This document shows, in pieces, positions 10,853-20,544 of a stretch of DNA of 64,000 nt (its first letter is position 1; each line of letters starts with the position of its first letter). The position numbers and the translations under genes were made by a program. The notes under the pieces are model-generated. The model did not search any database, had not been told where the DNA came from, and worked only from the letters and a program-made list of their open reading frames with translations. The DNA is from Candidatus Krumholzibacteriia bacterium (lineage in GTDB: Bacteria > Krumholzibacteriota > Krumholzibacteriia > JAJRXK01): assembly GCA_041484665.1 (NCBI GenBank), contig JBGPIA010000001.1, positions 128,001-192,000 on the forward strand, written 5' to 3'.

Positions 10853-12007
10853 ATGCCCAACGCAACCCCCGGTCTCCGCCTGCTGTTCGCCGACTCCGTG
10901 CGCGTCCTGGCGGGCGCGCAGCGCTTCGTGCTCGATGCCGCCGTCGGGCTGCGCGAGCGTGGACATGCCGTGACCGTCCAGACCCACAGGGGAGCGCTCC
11001 TCGCCCAGCGCGCACGCGCTGTGGGCCTGCCCGTGCGCGAGCTGACCATGCGCACCGACGCGGCGCCGTGGACCGTCCTGCCGCTGGCCCGGTTGCTGCG
11101 CCGCGCGCCCGTCGACGCGGTGGTGACGACCTACGACAAGGACCTGCGCACGGCCGGCCTCGCGGCGCGGCTCTGCGGCCGCCGGATCGCGGTGCTGCAC
11201 AGCCGTGAGTGCGACGACCCCCTGAAGGACCGACTGCGTTACCGCCTGTTCTACAACCGCGTAGCGGACCACGTGATCACCAATAGCGAGGCCACGCGCC
11301 GCACCACGCTCGCGTCGGCACGGTGGCTGCGGCCCGAGCGCGTGAGCGTGATGTACAAGGGGATCGATCCCGCAGTCTACGAACACGCGGGTGGGTCCGC
11401 ATGGCGGGCCAAACTTGCTGTGCCTGCTGGTGTCACGGTGCTGGGATTCGCCGGGCAGCTCGTGGAGCGCAAGCGCTGCGACCGACTGCTGCGCGTGCTG
11501 GCGACGAGCGGGCTCCAGCAGCGACCGTGGCTGCTCGCCATCGCCGGCTCCGGCCCACAGGAGGAGCGCCTGCGGCGCCTGGCGGTGGAGCTGGGGCTGG
11601 CGGACCGGGTGCGCTTCAGTGGCTTCGTCGATCCCATCGCCCCCTGGTTCGCCGCCATCGATCTCTTCGTGCTGCCCTCGTTGATCGAGGGATTCGGCTA
11701 CGTCCTGGCCGAGGCCATGGCTGCGGGCAAGCCGTGCGTGTCGTACGCTGCCAGCAGTACGCCCGAGGTCGTTGAGGACGGCGTGACGGGACTGTTGGCC
11801 GCGCCCGGCGATGAGGCCGGGCTCGGCCGCGCCCTCGCCCGGCTGCTCGATGACGCACAGTTGCGCGCAGCCATGGGGAGCGCCGCGCGCCACCGGGTGC
11901 GCGAGCGCTTCACGCTGCAACGCATGATCGACGCGCTCGAGCAGCGCATTCTCACGGAGGTGGAGCGCCGCCGCTGCGCTTCGTCGCCCAAGGAGGACTT
12001 CGCATGA
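10853..12007 (+). CDS. Glycosyltransferase family 4
   Basis: GAQRF, GQLVERKR, VLPSLIEGFGYVLAEAMAAGKP; start could be 10781. Confidence 0.9.
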   Translation: MPNATPGLRLLFADSVRVLAGAQRFVLDAAVGLRERGHAVTVQTHRGALLAQRARAVGLPVRELTMRTDAAPWTVLPLARLLRRAPVDAVVTTYDKDLRTAGLAARLCGRRIAVLHSRECDDPLKDRLRYRLFYNRVADHVITNSEATRRTTLASARWLRPERVSVMYKGIDPAVYEHAGGSAWRAKLAVPAGVTVLGFAGQLVERKRCDRLLRVLATSGLQQRPWLLAIAGSGPQEERLRRLAVELGLADRVRFSGFVDPIAPWFAAIDLFVLPSLIEGFGYVLAEAMAAGKPCVSYAASSTPEVVEDGVTGLLAAPGDEAGLGRALARLLDDAQLRAAMGSAARHRVRERFTLQRMIDALEQRILTEVERRRCASSPKEDFA

Positions 12008-12795
12008 GGCTGGCCCTCGTCCAGACCAATCCCGCGTTCGGCGAGGTGGAGCGCAACCTGAATGCTGCCGAGGCGCTGCTGCGCGGACCCAAGGCGGACG
12101 TCTACGTCCTGCCCGAGCTGTTCGCAACGGGGTATCTGTTCCGCGACCGCGCCGAGGCGGCCCAGTTGGCGGAGCCGCTGGATGGGGGCCCCACGCTGAG
12201 GCGCCTGCGCATCTGGGCCTGTGAGCTCAACGCGGCCATCGCCGCTGGGTGGCCCGAGCGCGACCACGAGCGGCTCTACAACAGCGCGGTGTTGGTGGGG
12301 CCCCAGGGCGTGCTGGCGCACTACCGCAAACTGCATCTGTTCGATCGGGAGAAGCTCCATTTCGAGGCCGGCGACAAGGAGCTGCCGGTGGTCGAATTCC
12401 GCGGCGCGCGGTTGGGGCTCATGATCTGCTTCGACTGGCGCTTCCCCGAGGCGGCGCGCACGCTGGCGCTCCAAGGCGCTGAGGTGATCCTGCATCCAAG
12501 CAACCTGGTGCAGCCCTTCTGCCCGGATGGGATGGTGACGCGCTCGCTGGAGAATTGCGTGTTCACCGCCACCTGCGACCGCTGGGGTGTGGAAGACCGC
12601 GGTGGCGGGCTGAAGATCGGCTACCTGGGGCGCAGCCAGGTGGTCGATCCCAAGGGCCGGCGCCTCGGCCAGCTCGGCGAAGCCGAGGATGGCGTCCTGC
12701 GCGTGGAGATTGATCCAGCGCAGGCGCGCGACAAGCGCGTCACCGAGCACAACGACGTGCTGGCGGATCGCCGCGTGGAGTGGTACCGCCATTAG
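12004..12795 (+). CDS. Carbon-nitrogen hydrolase (nitrilase superfamily)
   Basis: Catalytic triad in LPELF (E), YRKLHL (K), MICFDW (C); ATGA overlap with the upstream GT4. Confidence 0.92.
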   Translation: MRLALVQTNPAFGEVERNLNAAEALLRGPKADVYVLPELFATGYLFRDRAEAAQLAEPLDGGPTLRRLRIWACELNAAIAAGWPERDHERLYNSAVLVGPQGVLAHYRKLHLFDREKLHFEAGDKELPVVEFRGARLGLMICFDWRFPEAARTLALQGAEVILHPSNLVQPFCPDGMVTRSLENCVFTATCDRWGVEDRGGGLKIGYLGRSQVVDPKGRRLGQLGEAEDGVLRVEIDPAQARDKRVTEHNDVLADRRVEWYRH

Positions 12796-12882
12796 ACAGG
12801 GCAACGCCACGCCGGTGCGCTCGCGTCGACCTGGGCACTTGCCCCGGCCGGTGCGCCCAGTCCGGCCGGCGCCCAACGCGGG

Positions 12883-14058
12883 TCAGGACTGCGGGTCGCC
12901 GAACAACTCCAGGTTCTCCCCCGGACGCGGTGGAACGCGGAAACGCGTGACGTCCAGCGCGAAGGCCTCGTGCTCGTCGAGGCCCAGGCGGCGGCGCGCC
13001 AGGTCGAAGCGTTGCGCCAGCAGCTGTGCGCTGGGCCCCGTGCCGGTCATCCGCGTGCCGAACCCGGGCCGGTAGAGCCTTCCATCGCGCATCTCGCGCA
13101 GCAGGCCGAGCACCTTGTCGGCCTTGCGCGGATAGTGCGCGCGCAGCCACTCGCTGAAGAGCCCCTGCACCTCACCGGGCAGCCGCAACAGGATGTAGCC
13201 GGCGGTGCGGCAGCCGGCCTGCGCGGCAGATTCGAGGATTCCCTCCAGCTCCGCATCGGTCAGCCCGGGGACGACCGGCGACGCGAGCACTCCCACCGGC
13301 ACCCCCGCCGCCGCCAGGCGACGCATGGTCTCGATCCGGCCAGCGGGGCTGGTCGCTCGCGGCTCCATGCGGCGCGCCAGCTCGCGGTCCAGGGTCGTCA
13401 CCGAGATCATCACGGCGGCCAGCCGTTGCTGCGCCATCGGGACGAGCAGGTCGAGGTCGCGCAGCACGAGCTGCGACTTGGTCACGATCGCCACGGGGTG
13501 CCGGTGCGCGGCGAGCACTTCCAGGAGCGCGCGGGTGATGCGCAGGTCGCGCTCGGCCGGCTGGTAGGGATCGGTATTGGCCCCCAGGGCCACGACCTGG
13601 GGACGGTAGCCCTTGCGCGCGAGGGCTTGCCGCAGGCGCGCGGGAGCTTGCGGTTTGGAGAAGATCCGCGTCTCGAAGTCGAGCCCCGCCGACAGCCCCA
13701 GGTAGGCGTGGGTGGGCCGTGCGAAGCAGTAGACGCAGCCGTGCTCGCAACCCTTATACGGGTTGATCGAGCGGTCGAACGGGACGTCGGGTGAGTCGTT
13801 GCGAGCGAAAGGGTCGCGTGTGCGCTCCGGCGTGACGGTGGTGGCCAGGCGCGGCGCCTCTGCCTCCACCGTGCCCCATCCGTCGTCGACGCCGATGCGA
13901 TCACGCGCCTCGAACCGCCCGGTGCGATTGGTCACCGCGCCGCGCCCGCGCAGCGGGCGGAGCGCGTCCGGCAGGGCGGCCGGGCCGGGCGCGCCTGCGG
14001 GGGCGAGGGGAGCTGATGTGCGTGGTCTGCGGCTCACGGTGACACGACGGCGGGGCAT
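12883..14058 (-). CDS. PA0069-family radical SAM protein (SPL-like)
   Basis: GRGAVTN, SPDVPFDRSINPYKGCEHGCVYCFARPTH (CxxxCxxC), GANTDPYQP. Confidence 0.92.
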   Translation of the reverse strand: MPRRRVTVSRRPRTSAPLAPAGAPGPAALPDALRPLRGRGAVTNRTGRFEARDRIGVDDGWGTVEAEAPRLATTVTPERTRDPFARNDSPDVPFDRSINPYKGCEHGCVYCFARPTHAYLGLSAGLDFETRIFSKPQAPARLRQALARKGYRPQVVALGANTDPYQPAERDLRITRALLEVLAAHRHPVAIVTKSQLVLRDLDLLVPMAQQRLAAVMISVTTLDRELARRMEPRATSPAGRIETMRRLAAAGVPVGVLASPVVPGLTDAELEGILESAAQAGCRTAGYILLRLPGEVQGLFSEWLRAHYPRKADKVLGLLREMRDGRLYRPGFGTRMTGTGPSAQLLAQRFDLARRRLGLDEHEAFALDVTRFRVPPRPGENLELFGDPQS

Positions 14059-14103
14059 GCCGTACGGCGTGCCCCGCAGTCTAGAACCGCCGCCGCGCGG
14101 CCG

Positions 14104-14616
14104 CTAGCGCGGCGCATCCTGCCGATACGTGCCGGCGTTGGGGTCGCTGTCGCTCGGGTCGATCTCGGTGGAACGCTCTGCGAGGCTCGCCAGGCCGCTG
14201 CCCGTGGAGGCCGCGTGGAAGATCAGCAGGGTGGCGCGCACGCCCCTTGAGAGCTTGCGCCCGAACACCGTGGCCTGCACGCCGTCGAGCCCGCTGGGAT
14301 CCGTGGTGAGGTCCCGGTCGCCGATGGGGAAAAACCCCGTCTGCAGTCCCACGAACACGGGCTCGCCATCCAGCGTGAGCCCGTCGCGCGAGCTGTAGGC
14401 GAGCTGTCCCTGCAGCCGCACGGCCGGCGCGCCGGCCGCGCGCGCCGCGGACGCGTTCTGCCGCTCCACGGCGGCCTCGTTGGGGGAGGCCGCGCGGGCG
14501 CGCTCCAGACGCATCCGGTTGGACGCGGTGCCTTGGGCCGGCAGCATCAGCAATGCGGCCGCCAGCGTGGCCGCAACGCCGGCGAAGAGGGAGCGGGGCA
14601 ACGGCTGGGCGATCAT
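14104..14616 (-). CDS. Hypothetical secreted protein downstream of pilY1
   Basis: AAAGGA RBS, hydrophobic signal peptide, same strand and 60 bp after pilY1. Confidence 0.65.
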   Translation of the reverse strand: MIAQPLPRSLFAGVAATLAAALLMLPAQGTASNRMRLERARAASPNEAAVERQNASAARAAGAPAVRLQGQLAYSSRDGLTLDGEPVFVGLQTGFFPIGDRDLTTDPSGLDGVQATVFGRKLSRGVRATLLIFHAASTGSGLASLAERSTEIDPSDSDPNAGTYRQDAPR

Positions 14617-14675
14617 GGCGTGTCCTTTCTCCTGCGGTCGCGTGCCTGCCGCGGGCGTGCGGAGCCGGCCGCGCG

Positions 14676-17372
14676 TCAGTCGAACTTTTCCTTCCAGGCC
14701 TCCACCGTCAGCCGGCGGGGCTGGGCGTTCATGTCCAGCAGGTTGATCCGCGCGTCGCTGGTCTGCACGAGCACCTGCGACTCCTCGATCTGGACGACCG
14801 CCTTGGAGGCGACGCCCTCCCCCAGATCCGCGGCGCGGTCCTGGGTTGTATCGGCCGAGGGCGAGCTGCCGTCGCGGTAGTCGACATGGTAGAGCCAGGA
14901 GTGACCGCCGCCCTCGCAGGCCGTCGAGCTGGGCGCGAACGACGTGAAGTAGAGCACGCCCTCGACCACGCTGGCGGCCTCGACGACGCGCTCCCCTGGC
15001 GCCTGCACCAGGTCCAGCTTCCAGCCGGGCGCGTCCATGACGTCGTGGATCGAGCCCGTCTGGTCCACGAGATCCTGCGGCGTGCGCCCGGTCAAGGTCC
15101 CGTCATCGCGCACGCAGTAGAAGGCCTGCGCGCTGGTGTCGGCCAGATCGCCGCCCTCGACGTAGCGGCCGGTGCCGAAGTAGACGAGCAGATCGCCGTC
15201 GGGCCCCATGGCGAGCGTGGGGCGCGCCTGGATGGGCTGATCGCCCACGAAGAGCGGAGCAGCCGGCCAGTCCGTGGGTTCGCTCGCCCGCACGTCCCAA
15301 CGCCAGAGCGTGCCCGACAGGTCGCCTTGGTAGACGAAGTCGGCGTAGCCATCCCAGTCGGCGTCGTAGACGCTGGCCGCCGTGCACATGTTCGTGCTGG
15401 TGTGCTGCTCCCCAGTGGTCGCGGTGTACACCAGCGAGCCGTCCTCCATGTCCAGTACGGCGATGGAAGCGGTGCCGCCCGGGTCCGGGCCGCTGCCCGT
15501 CCACAGGAAGGTACCGACGTGCGTGCGGACCAGGGTGGGAACGGTGAACGACGAGCGGATGTCCGGGACCGCGGTCTCCCACATCACCTGCGGTGCGTAG
15601 GGATCGGTGACGTCGATGGCGAAGTAGGCATCGCCGCCCGTGCGTTGGCCGCCGACGATCACGGTGCGCCAGGTTCCGCCGAGCTTCAGCTCGTAGGCTA
15701 CGGGGCTGAGGTCCACGAACGCCTGGTGGCAGTAGGCGGGGTCGGTGAGCTTGACCAGCTTACCCAGCGCCGCCTGCGGCACGTAGGCCCATAGCTCGTC
15801 CCCCGTGGCAGCCACGAAGGCGTGGAGCATGCCATCGTTGGCACCGACGTAGATCATGTTGACGCGATCGCTCTGATCGGCCAGGTACTGCTGGTAGCTC
15901 TCGTCGAGATGGAACTCGGCAGGTCCGCCCACGACCAGCGGGGTCGAGCTGACCATGTCCCCCAACTTCCAGCCACCGCGGTCACGGTAGCCCGGCAGGT
16001 CCTCGCCGAGCACGTAGCTGATGATGTTCTGGGCCTCGGTCGGGTTGGCGGCACCCAGCGCGTCCTTGAGCTGGTCGGCGCTGCCCGGCACGAAATCCAG
16101 CGTCTGCCCGTTGTGGAACGTGAAGACCACCCGGTCGCTGGGCGAGCGCGAGCTCAGGAGAGCCCCTGCCTCCCAGACCGGCGGTGCCGACTGGGTCAGC
16201 GGCAACGCGTACGCCTCGAGGTAGCCGCGCCAGCTCCCCGGGAGGAACTTGCCGCGGTAGACGTGCCCGCCGGTCTGCTGCTCGGTAGATACAACGGCCA
16301 CGGCGGCGCCAGCGGACACGCGGCTCACGATGTTGCCCACCACCGTTCCCAAACTGGCTGCCAGGGTCTCGGTGTCCCACGCCGACTGGTACGTGCCGCC
16401 GCCATTCGCAGCCGTTGACACCAGCAGCGGGGCGTCGATGCCGAAGCCGATCGTATAAGTATGGACGTGCTGGGCGCCTGCCATGTCCGAGCGCAGGTCG
16501 GTGTGCGCGAGGTAGTACGCGACATCGTCGAGCCAGCCCGAGCAGTTGCTGGAGTTGGGCTCGGGCGCGCCGATGCTGGCACAGTTGCCCGGGTCGAGGC
16601 CATCGTGGTCGGCATCGCCGATCCAGGACGGAACGTTCAGATCCTGCGTTGGATATCCGTCGGTCACGAAGACGATGAAATTCTCCTGGCACGCGAACTC
16701 AATCGGCGCTCCCGCGCCGGTGCTCTTGAAGTAGTTCAGCGCATCCACCATCGTCTCGGCCGACGGCGTCCAGCTGTCGGCCAGTATCCCGGCCATCGCG
16801 GACGAGATCGCGCTCGCGGAGCTCCCCAGCGGTGAGACCAACGTCCCGCCCGTATCGCCGTTGAACCGCATGAGGCCGTAGCGCAGCCCGGTCGACTGCG
16901 CGAGGATGGCCTGCACCGCGGCCTTGCCCGACTCGATCTTCGTGATCTGCGGCAGCGCTGCGAGCTGGGCGGCGGTGGCGTGGAAGAAGATCCAATTCAG
17001 GTAATTGCCCAGGTAGCGGCCGGCCTGGCCCAGCTCGCACGCAACCAGCGGAGCCGAGGGACTGCTCGGCCAGGCGCTGTTGAACGAGTTCGGCGTGTAG
17101 CTCCCGGTGACCGCCACGCTGTAGGCGGTCATCGCAGTGAAGTTGCCGCTCCACGCGACGCTGGGATCGTAGTCCGGGTGGGTGAGGGCCTCGCGCATGG
17201 ACCCCGAGGAGTCGAGGATGATCAGCACGTTAGGCGGCACGACGCCCTGCGTCACCATCAGCGGGACGTCGCACTGCTGCGCCCCCACGCGCTGCGGCGG
17301 GCTCAGCCAGAGCCCGGCCGCGGCAAGGACGACAGGCGTGAGTCGTCGGAATGAGGGGTGGCGGATGTCCAT
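14676..17372 (-). CDS. pilY1: PilY1/PilC type IV pilus tip adhesin with vWA domain
   Basis: Signal peptide, PNVLIILDSSGSM (MIDAS), FVTDGYP, KLGDMVSSTP, YVGANDGMLHAF, ELWAYVP, Ca loop DADWDGYAD, VYFGTG, GWKLDL...GERV. Confidence 0.92.
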   Translation of the reverse strand: MDIRHPSFRRLTPVVLAAAGLWLSPPQRVGAQQCDVPLMVTQGVVPPNVLIILDSSGSMREALTHPDYDPSVAWSGNFTAMTAYSVAVTGSYTPNSFNSAWPSSPSAPLVACELGQAGRYLGNYLNWIFFHATAAQLAALPQITKIESGKAAVQAILAQSTGLRYGLMRFNGDTGGTLVSPLGSSASAISSAMAGILADSWTPSAETMVDALNYFKSTGAGAPIEFACQENFIVFVTDGYPTQDLNVPSWIGDADHDGLDPGNCASIGAPEPNSSNCSGWLDDVAYYLAHTDLRSDMAGAQHVHTYTIGFGIDAPLLVSTAANGGGTYQSAWDTETLAASLGTVVGNIVSRVSAGAAVAVVSTEQQTGGHVYRGKFLPGSWRGYLEAYALPLTQSAPPVWEAGALLSSRSPSDRVVFTFHNGQTLDFVPGSADQLKDALGAANPTEAQNIISYVLGEDLPGYRDRGGWKLGDMVSSTPLVVGGPAEFHLDESYQQYLADQSDRVNMIYVGANDGMLHAFVAATGDELWAYVPQAALGKLVKLTDPAYCHQAFVDLSPVAYELKLGGTWRTVIVGGQRTGGDAYFAIDVTDPYAPQVMWETAVPDIRSSFTVPTLVRTHVGTFLWTGSGPDPGGTASIAVLDMEDGSLVYTATTGEQHTSTNMCTAASVYDADWDGYADFVYQGDLSGTLWRWDVRASEPTDWPAAPLFVGDQPIQARPTLAMGPDGDLLVYFGTGRYVEGGDLADTSAQAFYCVRDDGTLTGRTPQDLVDQTGSIHDVMDAPGWKLDLVQAPGERVVEAASVVEGVLYFTSFAPSSTACEGGGHSWLYHVDYRDGSSPSADTTQDRAADLGEGVASKAVVQIEESQVLVQTSDARINLLDMNAQPRRLTVEAWKEKFD

Positions 17373-17438
17373 GGCCTTGCTCCTGGTGTGGCTGGCTCCC
17401 TTCCCGGGACCCTGGTCAGGGAGCCTGTCCGACAATTT

Positions 17439-17912
17439 CTAGAACCCCTGGTGGCCAGCGCGGCCGAGCTTGTGCACGACCAGCGCGATGTTGCTGCTGC
17501 CCTGGCGGCTGGCCTGCCCGCGGGAGTCGACGCCGTAGATGTAGTCCATGTGGCTCAGGTCGTAGCCGGCTCGGGGCCGCGTCTGCATGAACCGAATATC
17601 GAAGTCGTAGCGCTGCGTGCCGTGCAGGGTCTGCGTGGCGCTGGCGGTGACCCGCTTGCTGGCGAAATCGACGATCGGGACCGGCTTGCTGCGCACCAGC
17701 AGCCAGTTCACCGCCGCCTCGCCACCCGAGTCGGCCGACAAGAACGCGCCGGACCGGACGAACTCATTGAAGGCCCCGCGGCGCTCATCGACGGCCAGGT
17801 GCGCGGCGGCGAGCGCGAACACGGCGAGCAGGCTCAGGGCGAGCATTGCACTGACCATGCCGATGCCGTCCTGGGAAGCCAGCAGGGCGAAAAGTGGGTT
17901 GCGCCTGGACAT
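17439..17912 (-). CDS. PilX-like minor pilin
   Basis: Class III-type signal QDG|IGMVSAMLALSLLAVFALAA with no Glu at +5 (PilX/GspK trait), AFLSADSGGE; directly upstream of pilY1. Confidence 0.72.
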   Translation of the reverse strand: MSRRNPLFALLASQDGIGMVSAMLALSLLAVFALAAAHLAVDERRGAFNEFVRSGAFLSADSGGEAAVNWLLVRSKPVPIVDFASKRVTASATQTLHGTQRYDFDIRFMQTRPRAGYDLSHMDYIYGVDSRGQASRQGSSNIALVVHKLGRAGHQGF

Positions 17913-17960
17913 CTCGAACCTGACCTCAGCCGGTCCCCCCGGACCGTGCCTGCCCATAGC

Positions 17961-17975
17961 GCAGCCGGCGTGCCT
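17961..17975 (-). promoter_or_regulatory. Putative sigma54 (-24/-12) promoter of the pilX-pilY1 unit
   Basis: Minus strand AGGCACGCCGGCTGC = GG-N10-GC, two mismatches to TGGCACGN4TTGC, about 50 nt upstream of the ATG. Confidence 0.45.
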
Positions 17976-18328
17976 CGGCAGCGGCCCGACGGGCGACGAC
18001 CCCATAACTTTCGTAATGGGATTTGTTTAGAGACTTTCCCGCAGTAAGAGCTTCAACCCAGACGGCGCTGAATCGGTGGGTCCACACCCGCGACGCTGGC
18101 GGAGTTTCCCCCGCTCCCGCCGCGGGACAGCCCCCGGCGGCCGGCGCAGGGTGGTCGAGGTGCAAGCGCGGTCCCCGCTGCCGCGAAATGCCCTCTAGTG
18201 GCGGCGCCGGGTGATCCACCGAGCCGGCGGCCACCGGTCGGGCGGGCCGGCGCGCCAGGTTCGGACGCAACGCGCGCCAGCCGGAACGGTCAACCGCGCG
18301 GCCCACCCGGGCCGCGCGCCCAGTGACC

Positions 18329-19315
18329 TCAGCCCGGTAGATCCCCGGTCCGAGCGACCAGGGGCAGGTGGGGGCGCAGCTGCTCGGCCCAGGCTCCCAG
18401 CGTCGTCATGGGAAGCGACGCCAGCGCGCGGGTCAACTTGCCATGCAGGTCCCGCTTGCCGCCCTGGCTGCGCAGGTTCTGCAGCGCCCCGAGATCGACG
18501 TCGGGCAGGTAGGGGTCGAGCTCCCACGGGTGGAAGTAGAAGATGACCGGCTCGCGCTGCCCGCCCCGCACCCGCCGCGCGCAGGCACGCAACACGGGGA
18601 GCGGTAGCAGGCGGAAGTAGCCCCCGCCCGAGAAGGCGAGGTTGGTGCGGGCGACGCGCAGGGTCGTCATCGGCAACACGAGCAATCCGTCCTCGCGGCG
18701 GGGGCCCAGGATGAACGGCTCGCGCGGGCCCCGCGGATTGCCGTAGCGCGGATGGCGCACCGGAAACAGGCTGCTGTCGATGCGGAAGCCCTCTTCGCGC
18801 AGGACCTCCAGCGCCCAGTAATTGCGCCGCACGATCGTGAAGCTCGCAGCCCGGAACGCCACGGGTGCGCGCCCGCACGCCGTCCCGACGGCGTCCCGGC
18901 CGCGGCGCGTGTCGGCGCGGAACTGCTCGGGGGTCTGCTCGTAGGCCACGGGGTGGGCGTAGGTGTGGCAGCCGATCTCATGCCCGGCCGCTGCGATCCG
19001 GCGTACGATCCCCGGCTCGCGCTCCGCGAGCCAGCCGAGGATGAACCAGGTGGCCGCGATCCGCAGTTCGTCGCACAACGCCAGCAGCCGGTCCACGCCT
19101 TCGTGCGCGCGGCGGGCGCGTCCCTCCCAGCTCGCCGCGTCCACCTTCGCGGCATAGTTGTGCGCGTGGAACCACTCCTCCACGTCCAGGGTGAGGATGC
19201 ATGGCGGTGCTCCGCCGCCGGCGGCGGAGAGCGGCTCGCGCACGAGCGGCTCCGCCGCCGCACGCTGCGACGAGAGCGGCGAAGGCTGAGCTGGAGGCGG
19301 CGAGGATCCGCTCAC
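18329..19315 (-). CDS. XrtA/PEP-CTERM-system polysaccharide deacetylase (NodB + DUF3473)
   Basis: LTLDVEEWFH, ATWFILGW, GHEIGCH, FRAASF, GGGYFRLLP, FYFHPWELDP. Confidence 0.9.
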   Translation of the reverse strand: MSGSSPPPAQPSPLSSQRAAAEPLVREPLSAAGGGAPPCILTLDVEEWFHAHNYAAKVDAASWEGRARRAHEGVDRLLALCDELRIAATWFILGWLAEREPGIVRRIAAAGHEIGCHTYAHPVAYEQTPEQFRADTRRGRDAVGTACGRAPVAFRAASFTIVRRNYWALEVLREEGFRIDSSLFPVRHPRYGNPRGPREPFILGPRREDGLLVLPMTTLRVARTNLAFSGGGYFRLLPLPVLRACARRVRGGQREPVIFYFHPWELDPYLPDVDLGALQNLRSQGGKRDLHGKLTRALASLPMTTLGAWAEQLRPHLPLVARTGDLPG

Positions 19316-20544
19316 GGTGCACCTTGCGCCACGCCGGCGCTGCGGCTGGCGGCGGCGCGCTCGAGCAAGGCGGCGAGCTGCCGCGCCGAGGCCTCCCAGC
19401 TGTGGAAGCGTCGCACCATGTCCACGCCGGCGTCTGCCTGGGCGCGGGCCGACTGTGGATCGACAATGAGCTCCACCACCGCGGAGGCGAAGCTCCGCGC
19501 GTCGTCCGCAACCCGCACGTGGGGGCCGCGCGGCTCACCGAGCCCCCGTGTGGCCAGCGACGAGGCAACCACGGGCAACGAGGCCGCCATCGCCTCGATC
19601 ACCTTCGTCTGCGTCCCTTGCGCCACGCGCATCGGAACGACGGCCACGCTCGCCTCCCACAGATAGGTGCGCGCGTCCTCGACCCAGCCCGTCACGCGGA
19701 TCCCCGGCCGGCTCGCCAGTGCCTTCACGCGCGCGGACGGATGCGCTCCGACCACGACGAACTGCGCTGTCGGCAGCTGCAGGCGCACCAGCGGGAGGAT
19801 GTCATTGGCGAAATGGACCACGGCGTCGACGTTGGGTTCGTGGTCCATTGCGCCCACGAACACCATGCGCGGCGGGTCCGCTTTGCGCACGATCTGGGGC
19901 CGGGTGAAGTAGCCCTCGTCGGCCCCGACGCTGAGCGCCTCCGCCGGCAGCCCCGGCGCGACCTTGGCCTGGAAGATCGCGACCTCGGCCTCGCTCACGA
20001 AGACGCTGCAGAAGGCGGCCTGGGCCGTCGCGCGCTCGAACGCCGCCAGACGATGGTGCTCGCGGGCGTAGATCAACCGCATGGGCGAGTGCGTGTAGCG
20101 GGCGACCTGGGCCCACTTCTCGCTGTCGACGTCGATGAAGTCCATGACCGCGGGCAGTCCGCTCTGCGCTCGCAGCGCCAGCCAGTACGGCGCCATCGAG
20201 CTGCTGCAGACGTACGCGACGTCGAAGCGGACCGCGTTCGCCCATGCCCGCAGCTGGTGGCCGAGCATCGGATGGTGGAACCAGCCCAGGGTCAGGGGCT
20301 CACGCGCGAGCAGACTGTGGGCCGCGCCGGCGTAGCGGCGCAGCGGGCTCAGTCTGAACACAGCGTGGGCCTCGCAGAAGCCGGCCAGACCGGCGTGGGT
20401 CTGCTCCTCGGTGCCACTGTCGTCGACGCACCCCAGCCAGATCTCGTGCTCGCGGGCCAGGCGCGAGAGCAGGTTGAAGCTGCGGATGCGGTCGCCCTTG
20501 TTGGGCGGCAGCGGCGTGCGGTGGGTGATGGCGAGGATGTTCAT
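19312..20544 (-). CDS. TIGR03087-like PEP-CTERM/XrtA-system glycosyltransferase (GT4)
   Basis: MNILAITHRTPLPPNKGDRIRSF, MDFIDVDSEKW, FVGAMDHEPNVDAV, GTQTKVIEAMA. Confidence 0.9.
   Translation of the reverse strand: MNILAITHRTPLPPNKGDRIRSFNLLSRLAREHEIWLGCVDDSGTEEQTHAGLAGFCEAHAVFRLSPLRRYAGAAHSLLAREPLTLGWFHHPMLGHQLRAWANAVRFDVAYVCSSSMAPYWLALRAQSGLPAVMDFIDVDSEKWAQVARYTHSPMRLIYAREHHRLAAFERATAQAAFCSVFVSEAEVAIFQAKVAPGLPAEALSVGADEGYFTRPQIVRKADPPRMVFVGAMDHEPNVDAVVHFANDILPLVRLQLPTAQFVVVGAHPSARVKALASRPGIRVTGWVEDARTYLWEASVAVVPMRVAQGTQTKVIEAMAASLPVVASSLATRGLGEPRGPHVRVADDARSFASAVVELIVDPQSARAQADAGVDMVRRFHSWEASARQLAALLERAAASRSAGVAQGAP

Noticed and set aside
17990..18040. Confident c-di-GMP-I riboswitch call
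   Set aside because: Only a GAAA-capped stem matches; the conserved flanks and second stem are not evident. Kept only as a hypothesis.
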